Shown one piece after another: positions 7,998 through 17,388 of a stretch of DNA of 60,129 nt (the stretch's first letter is position 1; each line of letters begins with the position of its first letter). The position numbers were made by a program, and so were the translations under genes. Source of the DNA: a virus (Duplodnaviria > Caudoviricetes). The stretch lies in the IMG/VR virus record IMGVR_UViG_3300022752_000073, positions 1 through 60,129 of that record. The stretch is one strand, 5' to 3'. The notes under the pieces are model-generated. The model was not told the origin of the DNA. It searched no databases and was given only the letters and a program-made list of their open reading frames with translations.

Positions 7998-8257
7998 CAC
8001 CTAAAGATTTAGCCATGCGTGTGGAGGTGAACGAGGATGGCACTATCAACCTATTGGATTTTTCGTTACCGAGCTTTAAAGGCAGGGAGCGTTACAACGT
8101 CCCACAAGATGATGTAGAGAAGTGGATCATGGATGCCATCTCCATGCTACGCATTACAAACAACAACGACTTGGTTCCCAACTTAGGGTTCAAGGTATCT
8201 GACACGTTGTATTACTTATCAAACGAGGAAGGAGATTGTGATGAAGAATGTATATAG
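7994..8257 (+). CDS. Hypothetical protein resembling the C-terminus of the upstream ORF
   Basis: DVEKWIMDAISMLRI...LGFKVSDTLYY versus DVPEFIRNKLAVLQI...VGIRVSDITYW. Confidence 0.7.
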   Translation: MTPKDLAMRVEVNEDGTINLLDFSLPSFKGRERYNVPQDDVEKWIMDAISMLRITNNNDLVPNLGFKVSDTLYYLSNEEGDCDEECI

Positions 8258-8432
8258 AACACGTACAGGGTTAGAGATCGGTTGCATGTATCAAAGACCC
8301 ATGCGCCAACTTAATTCTGATGAGGAGAGGATTCAACGTGTGTTGTTGAATACATCTGGCCCAGATCGTGTGTCGATGCCGCTGTACAAAATCTTTATGG
8401 TTGCAAAAACATTATTGAGGAAAAAAACATGA
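8238..8432 (+). CDS. Hypothetical protein
   Basis: AAGGAG RBS; YRTRTGLEIGCMY. Confidence 0.65.
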   Translation: MMKNVYRTRTGLEIGCMYQRPMRQLNSDEERIQRVLLNTSGPDRVSMPLYKIFMVAKTLLRKKT

Positions 8433-8641
8433 ACGAGCACGAGAGTAACTTATACGATTTGTACACAGGGTTTGCGATGATGGCATTGCTGAACAAAGCT
8501 CCTAAGTCAACAAAACCCGAGGAGATTGCATACGTTGCGCATGAACAGGCAACAGCCATGCTTGAAGAACGCACAAACAGACGCAAAGAAAAAGAAGGTG
8601 GCATTGCCGACATCATTAACAAGTGGCAGGACGAATCATGA
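8429..8641 (+). CDS. Hypothetical protein (Gp38-like small helical family)
   Basis: DLYTGFAMMALL...AY..A.AML..R pattern. Confidence 0.7.
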   Translation: MNEHESNLYDLYTGFAMMALLNKAPKSTKPEEIAYVAHEQATAMLEERTNRRKEKEGGIADIINKWQDES

Positions 8642-8940
8642 TGACACCTGAGAAGAAGGTTAAGAACGAGGTGGTCAAGGTACTGAAAACTTTTGGTGCG
8701 TACTACTTCTATCCGGTTACCGGAGGGTACGGTGCATCGGGTGTACCTGACATCGTTGGTTGCTACAAAGGCAAGTTCTTTGCCATAGAGTGCAAGGCAG
8801 GGAAAGGCACGACTACTGCACTACAGGAAAGGAACATAGCGCAGATCGTTGCACAGGGTGGCTTGGCTATCGTGGTCAATGAAAACAACATACCGGATGT
8901 TGACAAGCTGATGATTGAAATAGATATGGGAGAGAGATGA
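8638..8940 (+). CDS. VRR-NUC nuclease / Holliday junction resolvase
   Basis: TPEKKVK, GVPD, IECK and T-LQ motifs. Confidence 0.85.
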   Translation: MMTPEKKVKNEVVKVLKTFGAYYFYPVTGGYGASGVPDIVGCYKGKFFAIECKAGKGTTTALQERNIAQIVAQGGLAIVVNENNIPDVDKLMIEIDMGER

Positions 8941-9179
8941 TGAGTACTAGTCACACACCCCGCATGTTCGGGGAAGTATTTGATGACGGGCAGTTTCGTG
9001 GTGTCTACAAGATTGATGACGTGCCAAGACACGCCGTGGTGATAGGTGACTATTTGCTGTGGACGTTGGATGGTGGTGAAGAGATCGGCATAGGCTTTCG
9101 GGACACGGGTGAGATGGGTATCTTCAAGGTCGCAGACTTTGAGCCACACATCAAAGCATTCTTTGGTTTGAACTTCTGA
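8937..9179 (+). CDS. Hypothetical protein
   Basis: Overlapping start/stop with neighbours; GGAG RBS. Confidence 0.65.
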   Translation: MMSTSHTPRMFGEVFDDGQFRGVYKIDDVPRHAVVIGDYLLWTLDGGEEIGIGFRDTGEMGIFKVADFEPHIKAFFGLNF

Positions 9180-10999
9180 TGGAACTCATAACACTAGACT
9201 TTGAGACGTACTACACCAGCAAGGACTTGGGGTTCAAGACCCAAACGACCGAGGAGTATGTGCGTGATCCCCGCTTTGAAGTGATCGGGGTGGCGGTCAA
9301 GGTGGGGGGTGGTGAGACTGCATGGTGCACAGGTTCGCACGAGCAGATCAAATCATTCCTCAACACCTTTGATTGGGACAACAGCATGGTGGTTGCACAC
9401 AATGCGTTGTTCGACATGGCGATATTGAATTGGCACTTTGATATCAGACCCAAAGCTATTGCAGATACGTTGAGCATGGCACGAGCCATACATGGGATTG
9501 AGGTAGGCAACAGTCTGAAGAAGTTGTCTGAGCACTATGCGTTGGGAGTCAAGGGTACTGAGGTAGTGGATGCGATTAACTTACGCCGCCAAGACTTCTC
9601 AGAGCAACAGCTTGCACAGTATGGGGCGTACTGTATCAATGACGTCGATCTGACGTATGACTTGTTCCTGATTTTGTTGCCCATGTTTAAAAAGGTTGAG
9701 CTGAAACTTATTGATCTGACGATCCGTATGTTTACAGAGCCGATGCTCGCCCTTGATGAAGATCTCTTGCACCAACATCTTTCAGAAGTGAAGGAACGCA
9801 AGCGCAAGCTGCTGGATGAATGTGGAGCCAACATCGAAGACCTGATGAGCAATCAAAAGTTTGCTGAGTTGTTACGTGGGCTGGGCGTGGAGCCGCCTAC
9901 AAAAATCAGTGCGACTACCGGCAAGGAAGCGTTGGCGTTGGCTAAGTCTGACGAAGGGTTCAAGGCTTTGGCTGAACATCCCGATGAGCGCGTACAAACA
10001 CTTGTTGCCGCAAGACTTGGTAACAAGACTACGTTGGAGGAGACACGCACTGAGCGCCTGATTGGTATCGCGGGAAGAGGCTTGATACCTGTTCCCCTCT
10101 CTTACTACGCCGCACACACGGGGCGGTGGGGTGGGGCAGACAAGATCAATTTCCAAAACTTTCCCTCACGTGGTGAGAACGCAGGGAAGCTCAAGAAAGC
10201 CATCCTTGCACCCAAAGATCACGTGATCATTGACTGTGATTCTGCGCAGATTGAAGCGCGGGTGCTTGCATGGTTTGCACAACAAGACGATTTAGTGGAG
10301 GCATTTAGAAATGGCGAAGATGTATACAAAATCATGGCATCGGCTATCTACTGCAAGGAGCGCGAAGAGGTTACCCCGTCTGAAAGATTTGTTGGCAAAA
10401 CCACCATTCTTGGCGCGGGTTATGGTATGGGCAGTGCGAAGTTCCAAACGCAACTCAAGACTTTCGGTGTGTCGGTCAGTGCAGAGGAGTCTGCACGGAT
10501 CATCGCTACCTACCGTGACACCTATCCTAATATCCCCGCCTTATGGAAGTCCGGTTCCACGGCGATTGATGCTATGAGCAAAAAACGTACATCCAAGTGG
10601 GGCAATGGCTGTATCAGCATCGGTGCAGAAGGCATCCTCATGCCAAACGGTTTGTATCAGAGATACCCCAACTTGAGAAAGATACGAGACAAAGATGGCA
10701 AAGACCAGTATATTTATGATTCGCGCAAAGGTGTAGTGAAGCTATACGGTGGCAAATTGACAGAGAACATTTGTCAGGGATTAGCACGTTGCATCATTGG
10801 CGAACAGCTAATCAAGATCAGTAAGAGATACCGTGTTGTACTCACTGTTCATGATGCTGTGGCGTGTGTCGCACCAAAACAAGAAGCTGAAGAAGCCATG
10901 GCGTATGTGATGGAGTGCATGCGATCTGTGCCGTCATGGGCACAAGGTATTCCATTAGATTGTGAAGCGGGGATTGGAGATAGTTATGGAGATTGTTAA
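9179..10999 (+). CDS. Family A DNA polymerase with 3'-5' exonuclease
   Basis: Exo DFET, HNALFD, YCINDV; HTGR; motif A DSAQIEAR; motif B RFVGKTTILGAGYG; motif C TVHD. Confidence 0.95.
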   Translation: MELITLDFETYYTSKDLGFKTQTTEEYVRDPRFEVIGVAVKVGGGETAWCTGSHEQIKSFLNTFDWDNSMVVAHNALFDMAILNWHFDIRPKAIADTLSMARAIHGIEVGNSLKKLSEHYALGVKGTEVVDAINLRRQDFSEQQLAQYGAYCINDVDLTYDLFLILLPMFKKVELKLIDLTIRMFTEPMLALDEDLLHQHLSEVKERKRKLLDECGANIEDLMSNQKFAELLRGLGVEPPTKISATTGKEALALAKSDEGFKALAEHPDERVQTLVAARLGNKTTLEETRTERLIGIAGRGLIPVPLSYYAAHTGRWGGADKINFQNFPSRGENAGKLKKAILAPKDHVIIDCDSAQIEARVLAWFAQQDDLVEAFRNGEDVYKIMASAIYCKEREEVTPSERFVGKTTILGAGYGMGSAKFQTQLKTFGVSVSAEESARIIATYRDTYPNIPALWKSGSTAIDAMSKKRTSKWGNGCISIGAEGILMPNGLYQRYPNLRKIRDKDGKDQYIYDSRKGVVKLYGGKLTENICQGLARCIIGEQLIKISKRYRVVLTVHDAVACVAPKQEAEEAMAYVMECMRSVPSWAQGIPLDCEAGIGDSYGDC

Positions 11000-11042
11000 G
11001 TTAAATGACTAATGAAGAAGCAACTTTAAAGGAGAGACAGAG

Positions 11043-11252
11043 ATGCATAGAAATCATATCGAGAGCCATGCCACGAAACCAAACCGTGGCGACGATGGCT
11101 TTGTTGAAAAGGTTAGTAAAAAAAATAAAAAGTCCGAGCAAATCAAATGGAACGAGTGGTGGCCTTTCACACGCGCCACTGGAGACGCACTGCGACAACT
11201 GAACCGTAAACAAACTAAGCCACAACTTGATGTACCGGAGGCATTACTATGA
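11043..11252 (+). CDS. Hypothetical protein (alternative frame 11005..11202 also plausible)
   Basis: RBS; stop overlaps the next start. Confidence 0.4.
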   Translation: MHRNHIESHATKPNRGDDGFVEKVSKKNKKSEQIKWNEWWPFTRATGDALRQLNRKQTKPQLDVPEALL

Positions 11253-11455
11253 AAACACCTGAAGACGAAGCATTTGAAGAGATAGAGCGCATCCAGCGCA
11301 CCCGCACAAGGTGGGTGCCTGTGAAGAAGTCGGAGCCTGTGCAAGTATCCATAGACGAGTTTTTGATGAGGATCAAACTCAACCCCGACGAAAAGGGTGA
11401 CCCAATCATTTGGACGCAATGGCCTACCAAGGAGCAGAACAATGTTTTACCGTGA
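11249..11455 (+). CDS. Hypothetical protein
   Basis: GGAGG RBS; EDEAFEEIER start. Confidence 0.65.
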   Translation: MKTPEDEAFEEIERIQRTRTRWVPVKKSEPVQVSIDEFLMRIKLNPDEKGDPIIWTQWPTKEQNNVLP

Positions 11456-11696
11456 ATGCTACAAATGCGGAGAGAGATGGGAACTTGGAACGGCAAGTAC
11501 TTGCAAATGCGAAACCGAAGTGAAATGGGATGCTTCTGCTCCTGTTTTAATTACTTCGCACCCATATTTTTATAAACGCCCTTGGGTAGGGCTGACGGAT
11601 GAGGAGATTGGAGTGGTGTCTGAGCCGATTCAGCCGCATGAGGCGGTGATGTACGCGCGAGTAATCGAGGCGTTATTGAAGGCGAAGAACACATGA
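11442..11696 (+). CDS. Hypothetical protein
   Basis: AAGGAG RBS; CxxC and WVGLTDEEI...IEALLKAKNT motif common in proteobacterial phages. Confidence 0.7.
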   Translation: MFYRECYKCGERWELGTASTCKCETEVKWDASAPVLITSHPYFYKRPWVGLTDEEIGVVSEPIQPHEAVMYARVIEALLKAKNT

Positions 11697-11872
11697 AAAC
11701 CAAACAAGAAATCAAAGAAGAGATCATTGAACTGTATGGGGCTACTCAAGCCTTAAACGAGGCAATGAACTTACTGCATGCACAACGTATGGAGAAAAGC
11801 AAACAGATGATGGCACTGAACCACATGCTCAAAGACATGGATGATGACACCGAGGAGAAGAACAATGCTTGA
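11693..11872 (+). CDS. Hypothetical coiled-coil protein (59 aa, not in ORF track)
   Basis: ATGA overlap; open frame MKTKQEIKEEI. Confidence 0.55.
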   Translation: MKTKQEIKEEIIELYGATQALNEAMNLLHAQRMEKSKQMMALNHMLKDMDDDTEEKNNA

Positions 11873-11987
11873 AATTTTCTTACTACTGCTACTAGGTGGT
11901 GTGTGCTTGGCGTTGTGTGTTTATGTTTGTTTAAAAATTTTTATGGAGTGAGGGTAACAAATGGAAGAAACCAAAGGAGAAAAAATC

Positions 11988-12170
11988 ATGATGGTTGATG
12001 AAGACTACCAAGCTGTACGTAAAGTGTTGGTGGATACATTGCAACAGCTTGAAGATAAACGCAACGATACGTTAGAAGAAGTTGCTCAAAAGTTTGATAG
12101 GCTGATCATCGCATTCGGTGAAACTGCCGCATCGTTTGCAAAGTTTGTGAGGGACATGAAAAATGATTAA
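11988..12170 (+). CDS. Hypothetical protein
   Basis: AAAGGAGA RBS; RNDTLEEVA motif. Confidence 0.65.
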   Translation: MMVDEDYQAVRKVLVDTLQQLEDKRNDTLEEVAQKFDRLIIAFGETAASFAKFVRDMKND

Positions 12171-12396
12171 GTACGACAACTACGACGAAGCAATCATTGG
12201 CCCTGCAATGATTTGGCGTGACCAACAACGAGTCAATGTCTTAGTCTACGATGCGGAATCAATCAGAGAAATCTTGATGCGTGACGGTCTGAGCTTTGAA
12301 GAAGCCCGTGAGTTCATCGAGTACAACATCGAAGGCGGTTACTTAGGTATCGGCACACCTGTGCTGGTATGGTCTCAAGATGATTGGGACGAATAA
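12163..12396 (+). CDS. Conserved phage hypothetical protein
   Basis: DEAIIG...EEAREFIEYNIEGGYLG..TP. Confidence 0.75.
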   Translation: MIKYDNYDEAIIGPAMIWRDQQRVNVLVYDAESIREILMRDGLSFEEAREFIEYNIEGGYLGIGTPVLVWSQDDWDE

Positions 12397-12398
12397 GC

Positions 12399-13082
12399 AT
12401 GACTAAAGCACCCGCATGGAGCTATTCAAGCATCACGTTGTTTGATCAGTGCCCTAAGAAGTATTACCACTTACGAGTGGCAAAAGATATCAAAGAGCCT
12501 GAGAGTGAAGCGATGATGTATGGCACTGCGGTACATACCGCCGCCGAAGAGTACATGCGGGATGGCACACCGATCCCTGAGCAATACAAGTACATGGAAC
12601 CCATGCTTGAAAAGCTGATGAAGATTGACGGTGAAAAAATTTGTGAGTTGAAGATGGGCATCAAGAAGGTGGACGGTAAGTTCGCACCTTGTGGATTTTT
12701 TGACAAAGATGTTTGGTATAGAGGCATTGCCGACTTGCTGATCATCGACCGTAACAAGAAAGAAGCCCGAGTCATTGACTACAAGACGGGCAAGAGCAGT
12801 CGTTACGCAGACCCAAAACAACTGGCGTTGATGGCGGCATGTGTATTTGTCCATTACCCTGATATTGAGTTCGTTCGTGCAGGACTATTGTTTGTAGTTT
12901 GCAAGGACTTCATACCTGTAGATTTTCCTGTCCACAACAAGTTTGATATCTTTACCAAGCTAGACAGTGTGCTTGTTTCACGAGAAACAGCGTATGCAAC
13001 TGGAGTGTTCAATTCTAAGAAAAACTTCACTTGCAAAGCATGGTGCCCTGTATCAGAATGTAGCCATAACGGAAGGAATTGA
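12399..13082 (+). CDS. PD-(D/E)XK Cas4/RecB-like exonuclease
   Basis: WSYS...CP, GTAVH, GIADL, IDYKTG, QL and C-terminal CxWC...C. Confidence 0.9.
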   Translation: MTKAPAWSYSSITLFDQCPKKYYHLRVAKDIKEPESEAMMYGTAVHTAAEEYMRDGTPIPEQYKYMEPMLEKLMKIDGEKICELKMGIKKVDGKFAPCGFFDKDVWYRGIADLLIIDRNKKEARVIDYKTGKSSRYADPKQLALMAACVFVHYPDIEFVRAGLLFVVCKDFIPVDFPVHNKFDIFTKLDSVLVSRETAYATGVFNSKKNFTCKAWCPVSECSHNGRN

Positions 13083-13083
13083 C

Positions 13084-13404
13084 ATGCCTTATAAGAACCC
13101 CGCTGACCGCAACGTCAAGCGAGAGTACGAATTAGAGAAGCAACGTGCGGGTGCCCACGAAGCGCGGATGGAGCGACAACGTGCACGACGTAAGTTGGAC
13201 AAAGAAGGTAAAGATGCCAACGGCAATGGCAAGGCTGACATGCGTGAAGGTAAAGATGTTGCCCACATGAAAGCATTGTCCAAAGGCGGCACTAATAAAA
13301 ATGGGGTGCGTGTTGAGAGCGCATCGGCAAACAGATCATTTAAGCGCGGGTCGAACCACAAGGTGGTGTCTGAGGTAAGCACAAGAGAGCGCAAGAAGAA
13401 ATAA
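13084..13404 (+). CDS. HNH-family endonuclease
   Basis: KDVAH..ALSKGG.N....R......NRS. Confidence 0.7.
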   Translation: MPYKNPADRNVKREYELEKQRAGAHEARMERQRARRKLDKEGKDANGNGKADMREGKDVAHMKALSKGGTNKNGVRVESASANRSFKRGSNHKVVSEVSTRERKKK

Positions 13405-13594
13405 GTTTCTAAGTAGTCTGCGAGGTTAGGTATGAGTGGTAGCAGACGGGGGTTTTTGAGATTGACCCTATAACCGTACCAATTAGCACTGCACACTTTC
13501 GGCAGGGAACTAATCGGAACCCCCACGTTACGGGGGACTTATAAAAAGAACCTGACGCATACCGTGTTCAGGACGTTTGTCATTGGAGAGAAGA

Positions 13595-15145
13595 GTGCAA
13601 ATTATTGATAACCGTGCGTTATTGCTCAAGGTACGCAACCCCGACAGGATCACTACAGTGATTCCGAAGAGCAAAGTCTTGTCAGATGATGGGCAAGTTG
13701 CTGAAGTTTTGGTGAACTGGGATTTGGAAGAGTCCATTGTCTTGAAAAATCTCAAGATCAAGGACGTACCTTCGCCTATCAACGCTTCATACAAGTGGCC
13801 CGGAATCTATAAACCTTTCGCACACCAAAAAGTTACAGCGTCTTTTTTAACGATGCACCGCCGGTCGTTCTGTTTTAACGAGCAGGGCACAGGTAAAACT
13901 GGGTCGGTCATTTGGGCATCAGACTACCTACTATCAAAGGGCACCATCAAGCGGGTACTGGTTATTTGTCCACTATCCATCATGGAGTCGGCATGGCGCA
14001 ATGACTTGTTTAAGTTTGCTATGCATCGTAAAGTGGACGTTGCTTACGGCAAGCCCGAGAAGCGCAGAGACATCATTGCAAGTGATGCTGAGTACGTCAT
14101 CATCAACTATGACGGGGTAGAAATTGTTGTCAATGACATATTGAAAGGCGGTTTCGACCTCATCGTCGTTGACGAGGCTAACGCTTATAAAAATCCATCT
14201 ACAAGACGTTGGAAGGTGTTGAACAATTTAATAAAACCACACACTTGGCTGTGGATGTTGACAGGTACACCCGCATCGCAGTCCCCATTGGATGCTTACG
14301 GTATCGCCAAGTTGGTAAACCCCGAAGGGATTCCACGTTTTTATGGTGGATTCCGCGATCAAGTCATGCACAAGATCACGCAGTTCAAGTGGGTGCCCAA
14401 GTTAGATTCTGAGCAAATTGTCCATAAGGCGTTACAACCCGCCATACGTTTTACTAAAGATCAATGTTTGGATTTACCTGACATTACTTATGTAACGCGA
14501 GACGTACCACTTACTGCACAGCAAGAGAAGTACTATGAGCTACTGCGCAAACGTCTTATCGTACAAGCGGCTGGTGAAGAGATCACAACAGTAAACGCTG
14601 CTGCTAACTTAAACAAACTCCTACAACTATCCGGTGGTGCGGTGTATTCCGATACCGGTGAGGTGATTAACTTTGACGCAAGCAATCGACTTGCAGTGTT
14701 ACGTGAAGTAATCGAAGAATCTAGCCACAAAGTATTGGTTTTTGTTCCCTACAGACATGCAATCGAAGTGGTTGCAGAAGATTTACGTAAGCACGGATAC
14801 CCGACTGCCATCATTCACGGCGGTGTGTCGGCGGCGAAACGATCAGAAATTTTTGAGCGTTTCCAAACGAAGGATGACTTACAAGTACTGGTCATCCAAC
14901 CACAAGCGGCATCGCACGGGGTAACTTTGCATGCCGCCAACACCATCGTCTACTGGAGTCCAGTGATGTCAGTCGAGACTTACCTCCAAGCCAATGCACG
15001 TGTTCACCGAGCGGGACAAAAGAATCCCTCAGTGGTGGTGCACTTGCAAGGCAGCGGGGTAGAGCGTCGTATGTACAAGATGCTGGAAAACAAGGTAGAC
15101 ATCCACAACCGAATCATTGACCTATACGGAGAAATACTTACATAA
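13595..15145 (+). CDS. SNF2-family SF2 helicase
   Basis: EQGTGKT, VVDEA, LTGTP, HGVTL and QANARVHRAGQ; GTG start after GGAG. Confidence 0.92.
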   Translation: MQIIDNRALLLKVRNPDRITTVIPKSKVLSDDGQVAEVLVNWDLEESIVLKNLKIKDVPSPINASYKWPGIYKPFAHQKVTASFLTMHRRSFCFNEQGTGKTGSVIWASDYLLSKGTIKRVLVICPLSIMESAWRNDLFKFAMHRKVDVAYGKPEKRRDIIASDAEYVIINYDGVEIVVNDILKGGFDLIVVDEANAYKNPSTRRWKVLNNLIKPHTWLWMLTGTPASQSPLDAYGIAKLVNPEGIPRFYGGFRDQVMHKITQFKWVPKLDSEQIVHKALQPAIRFTKDQCLDLPDITYVTRDVPLTAQQEKYYELLRKRLIVQAAGEEITTVNAAANLNKLLQLSGGAVYSDTGEVINFDASNRLAVLREVIEESSHKVLVFVPYRHAIEVVAEDLRKHGYPTAIIHGGVSAAKRSEIFERFQTKDDLQVLVIQPQAASHGVTLHAANTIVYWSPVMSVETYLQANARVHRAGQKNPSVVVHLQGSGVERRMYKMLENKVDIHNRIIDLYGEILT

Positions 15146-15151
15146 AAAGAC

Positions 15152-15179
15152 TTGACACTGTTAATTTTTAAGATATTAT
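15152..15179 (+). promoter_or_regulatory. Sigma70 promoter
   Basis: TTGACA-16bp-TATTAT. Confidence 0.65.
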
Positions 15180-15206
15180 TCAGATACAAATGCAAAGGAG
15201 AGAGAT

Positions 15207-15614
15207 ATGACCGAGACAATATCGGTTGATAAACTCGTCGCCGCTTACATCAAGATGCGCGACAAAAGGGCTGAACTTCTACGTGACTACGAAGAAGCTG
15301 ATGGCTCTGTGAAATCACAGATGGAACTTGTGGAAGCCAAATTATTGGAACTCTGCAAGGAAATCGGTGTTGACCGTCTTGGTAGCACTCACGGTACGGT
15401 AATTCGTTCTGTGAAGACCCGCTATTGGACAAGCGACTGGGAAGCCATGCACAAGTTCATCTTGGAACACAAGATGCCCGAACTGCTTGAACGGCGTATT
15501 AGTCAAACTACCATGAAACAACTGTTAGAGGAGAACCCCGACATCATGCCTACAGGGTTAAACACTGACAGTAAATATGGTGTAACCATAAGGAGAACCC
15601 CAAGTGGATCTTGA
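15207..15614 (+). CDS. Conserved replication-module protein
   Basis: Coiled N-terminus, DW..F, LLERRI; strong RBS. Confidence 0.8.
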   Translation: MTETISVDKLVAAYIKMRDKRAELLRDYEEADGSVKSQMELVEAKLLELCKEIGVDRLGSTHGTVIRSVKTRYWTSDWEAMHKFILEHKMPELLERRISQTTMKQLLEENPDIMPTGLNTDSKYGVTIRRTPSGS

Positions 15615-15795
15615 AGCATCACTGACCGTACAAGAAGTAGCTAAGCTGTTGCGCATGTCACGACAGACTATCTATAACTTGACCCGCGAGGGAACAATCC
15701 CTCATTTCCGCATAGGCAACAAGGTGCGTTACAACCGCGCAGACATTGATGCCCTAATGCAAGCTAAAACCGTAACTACTGGAGAACCCAAATGA
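15604..15795 (+). CDS. Excisionase-like HTH_17 DNA-binding protein
   Basis: LTVQEVAKLLRMSRQTIYNL...IP..RIG..VR. Confidence 0.85.
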   Translation: MDLEASLTVQEVAKLLRMSRQTIYNLTREGTIPHFRIGNKVRYNRADIDALMQAKTVTTGEPK

Positions 15796-16697
15796 GTGAA
15801 ATGACTTTATTTTCTAAAGGTGGTAACACACTACCTGCCCACCTGAAAAACCTTGAACTTGACGCAACTACCAAAGCCCTGATGGGCGGCAGTGGGGGCA
15901 CTGGCGGTAAGCGCATCTCTATTCGAGGCAACGTATTCCGCATGATGGTCGATGGCAAAGAGATCGCCCAAAACGAAGATCGCGCAATGAACATCATTAT
16001 TGCGGCGGCTAACCCTAACGTATCAAGAACTTTTTATGCAGGAACATATCAAGAAGGTCAAGCCATGGCACCCACATGCTGGTCAAATGACGGGATCGCC
16101 CCCGACATCAAAGCTGAGCAACCACAAGCAAGCAAGTGTGCTTCATGCCAACAAAACATCAAAGGCTCAGGTCAAGGTGAATCCCGCGCATGCCGCTTCT
16201 CACAGCGCCTTGCCGTCCTCTTGGAGAACGATATTCGAGGAGACGTTTATCAACTGACCCTCCCTGCGCAATCAATCTTTGGTGCGGCTGAAAATGGGAA
16301 GATGCCCTTGCAGTCATACGCAAAATTCTTGGGAAGCCATGGTTTGCCAGTAACTGCCGTTGTCACCGAGATGCGCTTTGATACTGCAAGCGCAACACCG
16401 CGCCTGACTTTCAAGGCAGTGCGTCCTTTGGAAGCTGAGGAGTTGGAATTGGCTCAAGCAAAAGGTCAATCTTCTGAAGCTAAAGCCGCTATCGCCGCCA
16501 CTTCTGCGCAGATGGATGGTGTACGCACCATGGGTGAATTGACTAAGGAAGAGGATGCCCCTGCGTATGAAAAGATTGCTACCAAAGCAGTCAAGGTAGA
16601 GGCTGAGGCTGTTGAACAGACAGCAGAACCCACCAAGCGCACTAAAAAAGCAGCACCAAAAGATGTTGCCGATATCTTGGATGACTGGGCTGAGTAA
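15792..16697 (+). CDS. Putative ssDNA-binding/annealing protein
   Basis: PTCWSNDG..P, CASC..N..GS....ACR; acidic tail ending DDWAE. Confidence 0.65.
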   Translation: MSEMTLFSKGGNTLPAHLKNLELDATTKALMGGSGGTGGKRISIRGNVFRMMVDGKEIAQNEDRAMNIIIAAANPNVSRTFYAGTYQEGQAMAPTCWSNDGIAPDIKAEQPQASKCASCQQNIKGSGQGESRACRFSQRLAVLLENDIRGDVYQLTLPAQSIFGAAENGKMPLQSYAKFLGSHGLPVTAVVTEMRFDTASATPRLTFKAVRPLEAEELELAQAKGQSSEAKAAIAATSAQMDGVRTMGELTKEEDAPAYEKIATKAVKVEAEAVEQTAEPTKRTKKAAPKDVADILDDWAE

Positions 16698-16739
16698 GTA
16701 AACGGGGGCGGGGAAACCCGCTCCCCAAAGGGGAACCTC

Positions 16740-17102
16740 ATGGACATACTGGAACTTGCGGAAGAACACGAAGAGTTGTTTAGCAAAGAGTTTTTGAAAT
16801 GGTTACCTAACAACTTACATGTCTGGGCAGCGTTTTGCGATCAGGCGTTTAAGATCAGATCAAGCGGTTTCAAACACTACTCTGCTCGTACCATCGTGCA
16901 CTATCTGCGCCACCATTCCGCAGTTACTGAATCTGCTGGGCCTTGGAAGATCAACAACAATTTCAGTCCGTATCTTGCACGACTATTTGACAAACGATTC
17001 CCAAATCTTGCTGGTCTTTGGGAATACAGAGAAACAAAACGTGCCAAGTTAGACCATACCCCACTATTTACTAACAATGAACAACAGAGGTTATTCCCGT
17101 AA
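16740..17102 (+). CDS. Conserved phage hypothetical protein
   Basis: HYSARTI..LR...KINNN..PYLARLF. Confidence 0.75.
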   Translation: MDILELAEEHEELFSKEFLKWLPNNLHVWAAFCDQAFKIRSSGFKHYSARTIVHYLRHHSAVTESAGPWKINNNFSPYLARLFDKRFPNLAGLWEYRETKRAKLDHTPLFTNNEQQRLFP

Positions 17103-17325
17103 ATTTGTAGATGCGAACAATAAAGCAGACCCATTTCATGTTGGTGTTCAACTTGGTCGCATTTGCATTGAACGGGACATTCCAGTACAGGATGTTGCAG
17201 AACATCTTGGTGTATCACGGCAAGCCATATACATGTGGTTCTTGGGAAAAGCAATACCCCACCCGAGAAAACGCAAAGTATTATGGGAACTGCTTAGTCG
17301 TTTAACGACCAACGCCGCAACTTAA
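17077..17325 (+). CDS. XRE/Cro-like HTH regulator
   Basis: VQDVAEHLGVSRQAIYMWFLG...P. Confidence 0.8.
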   Translation: MNNRGYSRKFVDANNKADPFHVGVQLGRICIERDIPVQDVAEHLGVSRQAIYMWFLGKAIPHPRKRKVLWELLSRLTTNAAT

Positions 17326-17388
17326 TCCCCCCGCCCAAGGTTTATCGCCAGTAGACCTGAAGGCATTTTTGTCTGTAAAGAGCGAACA

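Noticed and set aside
15604-15795. Integration module
   Set aside because: Only an excisionase-like HTH; no integrase or att site recognised
16704-16726. Terminator after the SSB-like gene
   Set aside because: GC hairpin with GAAA loop but no U-tract; more likely a stabilising stem
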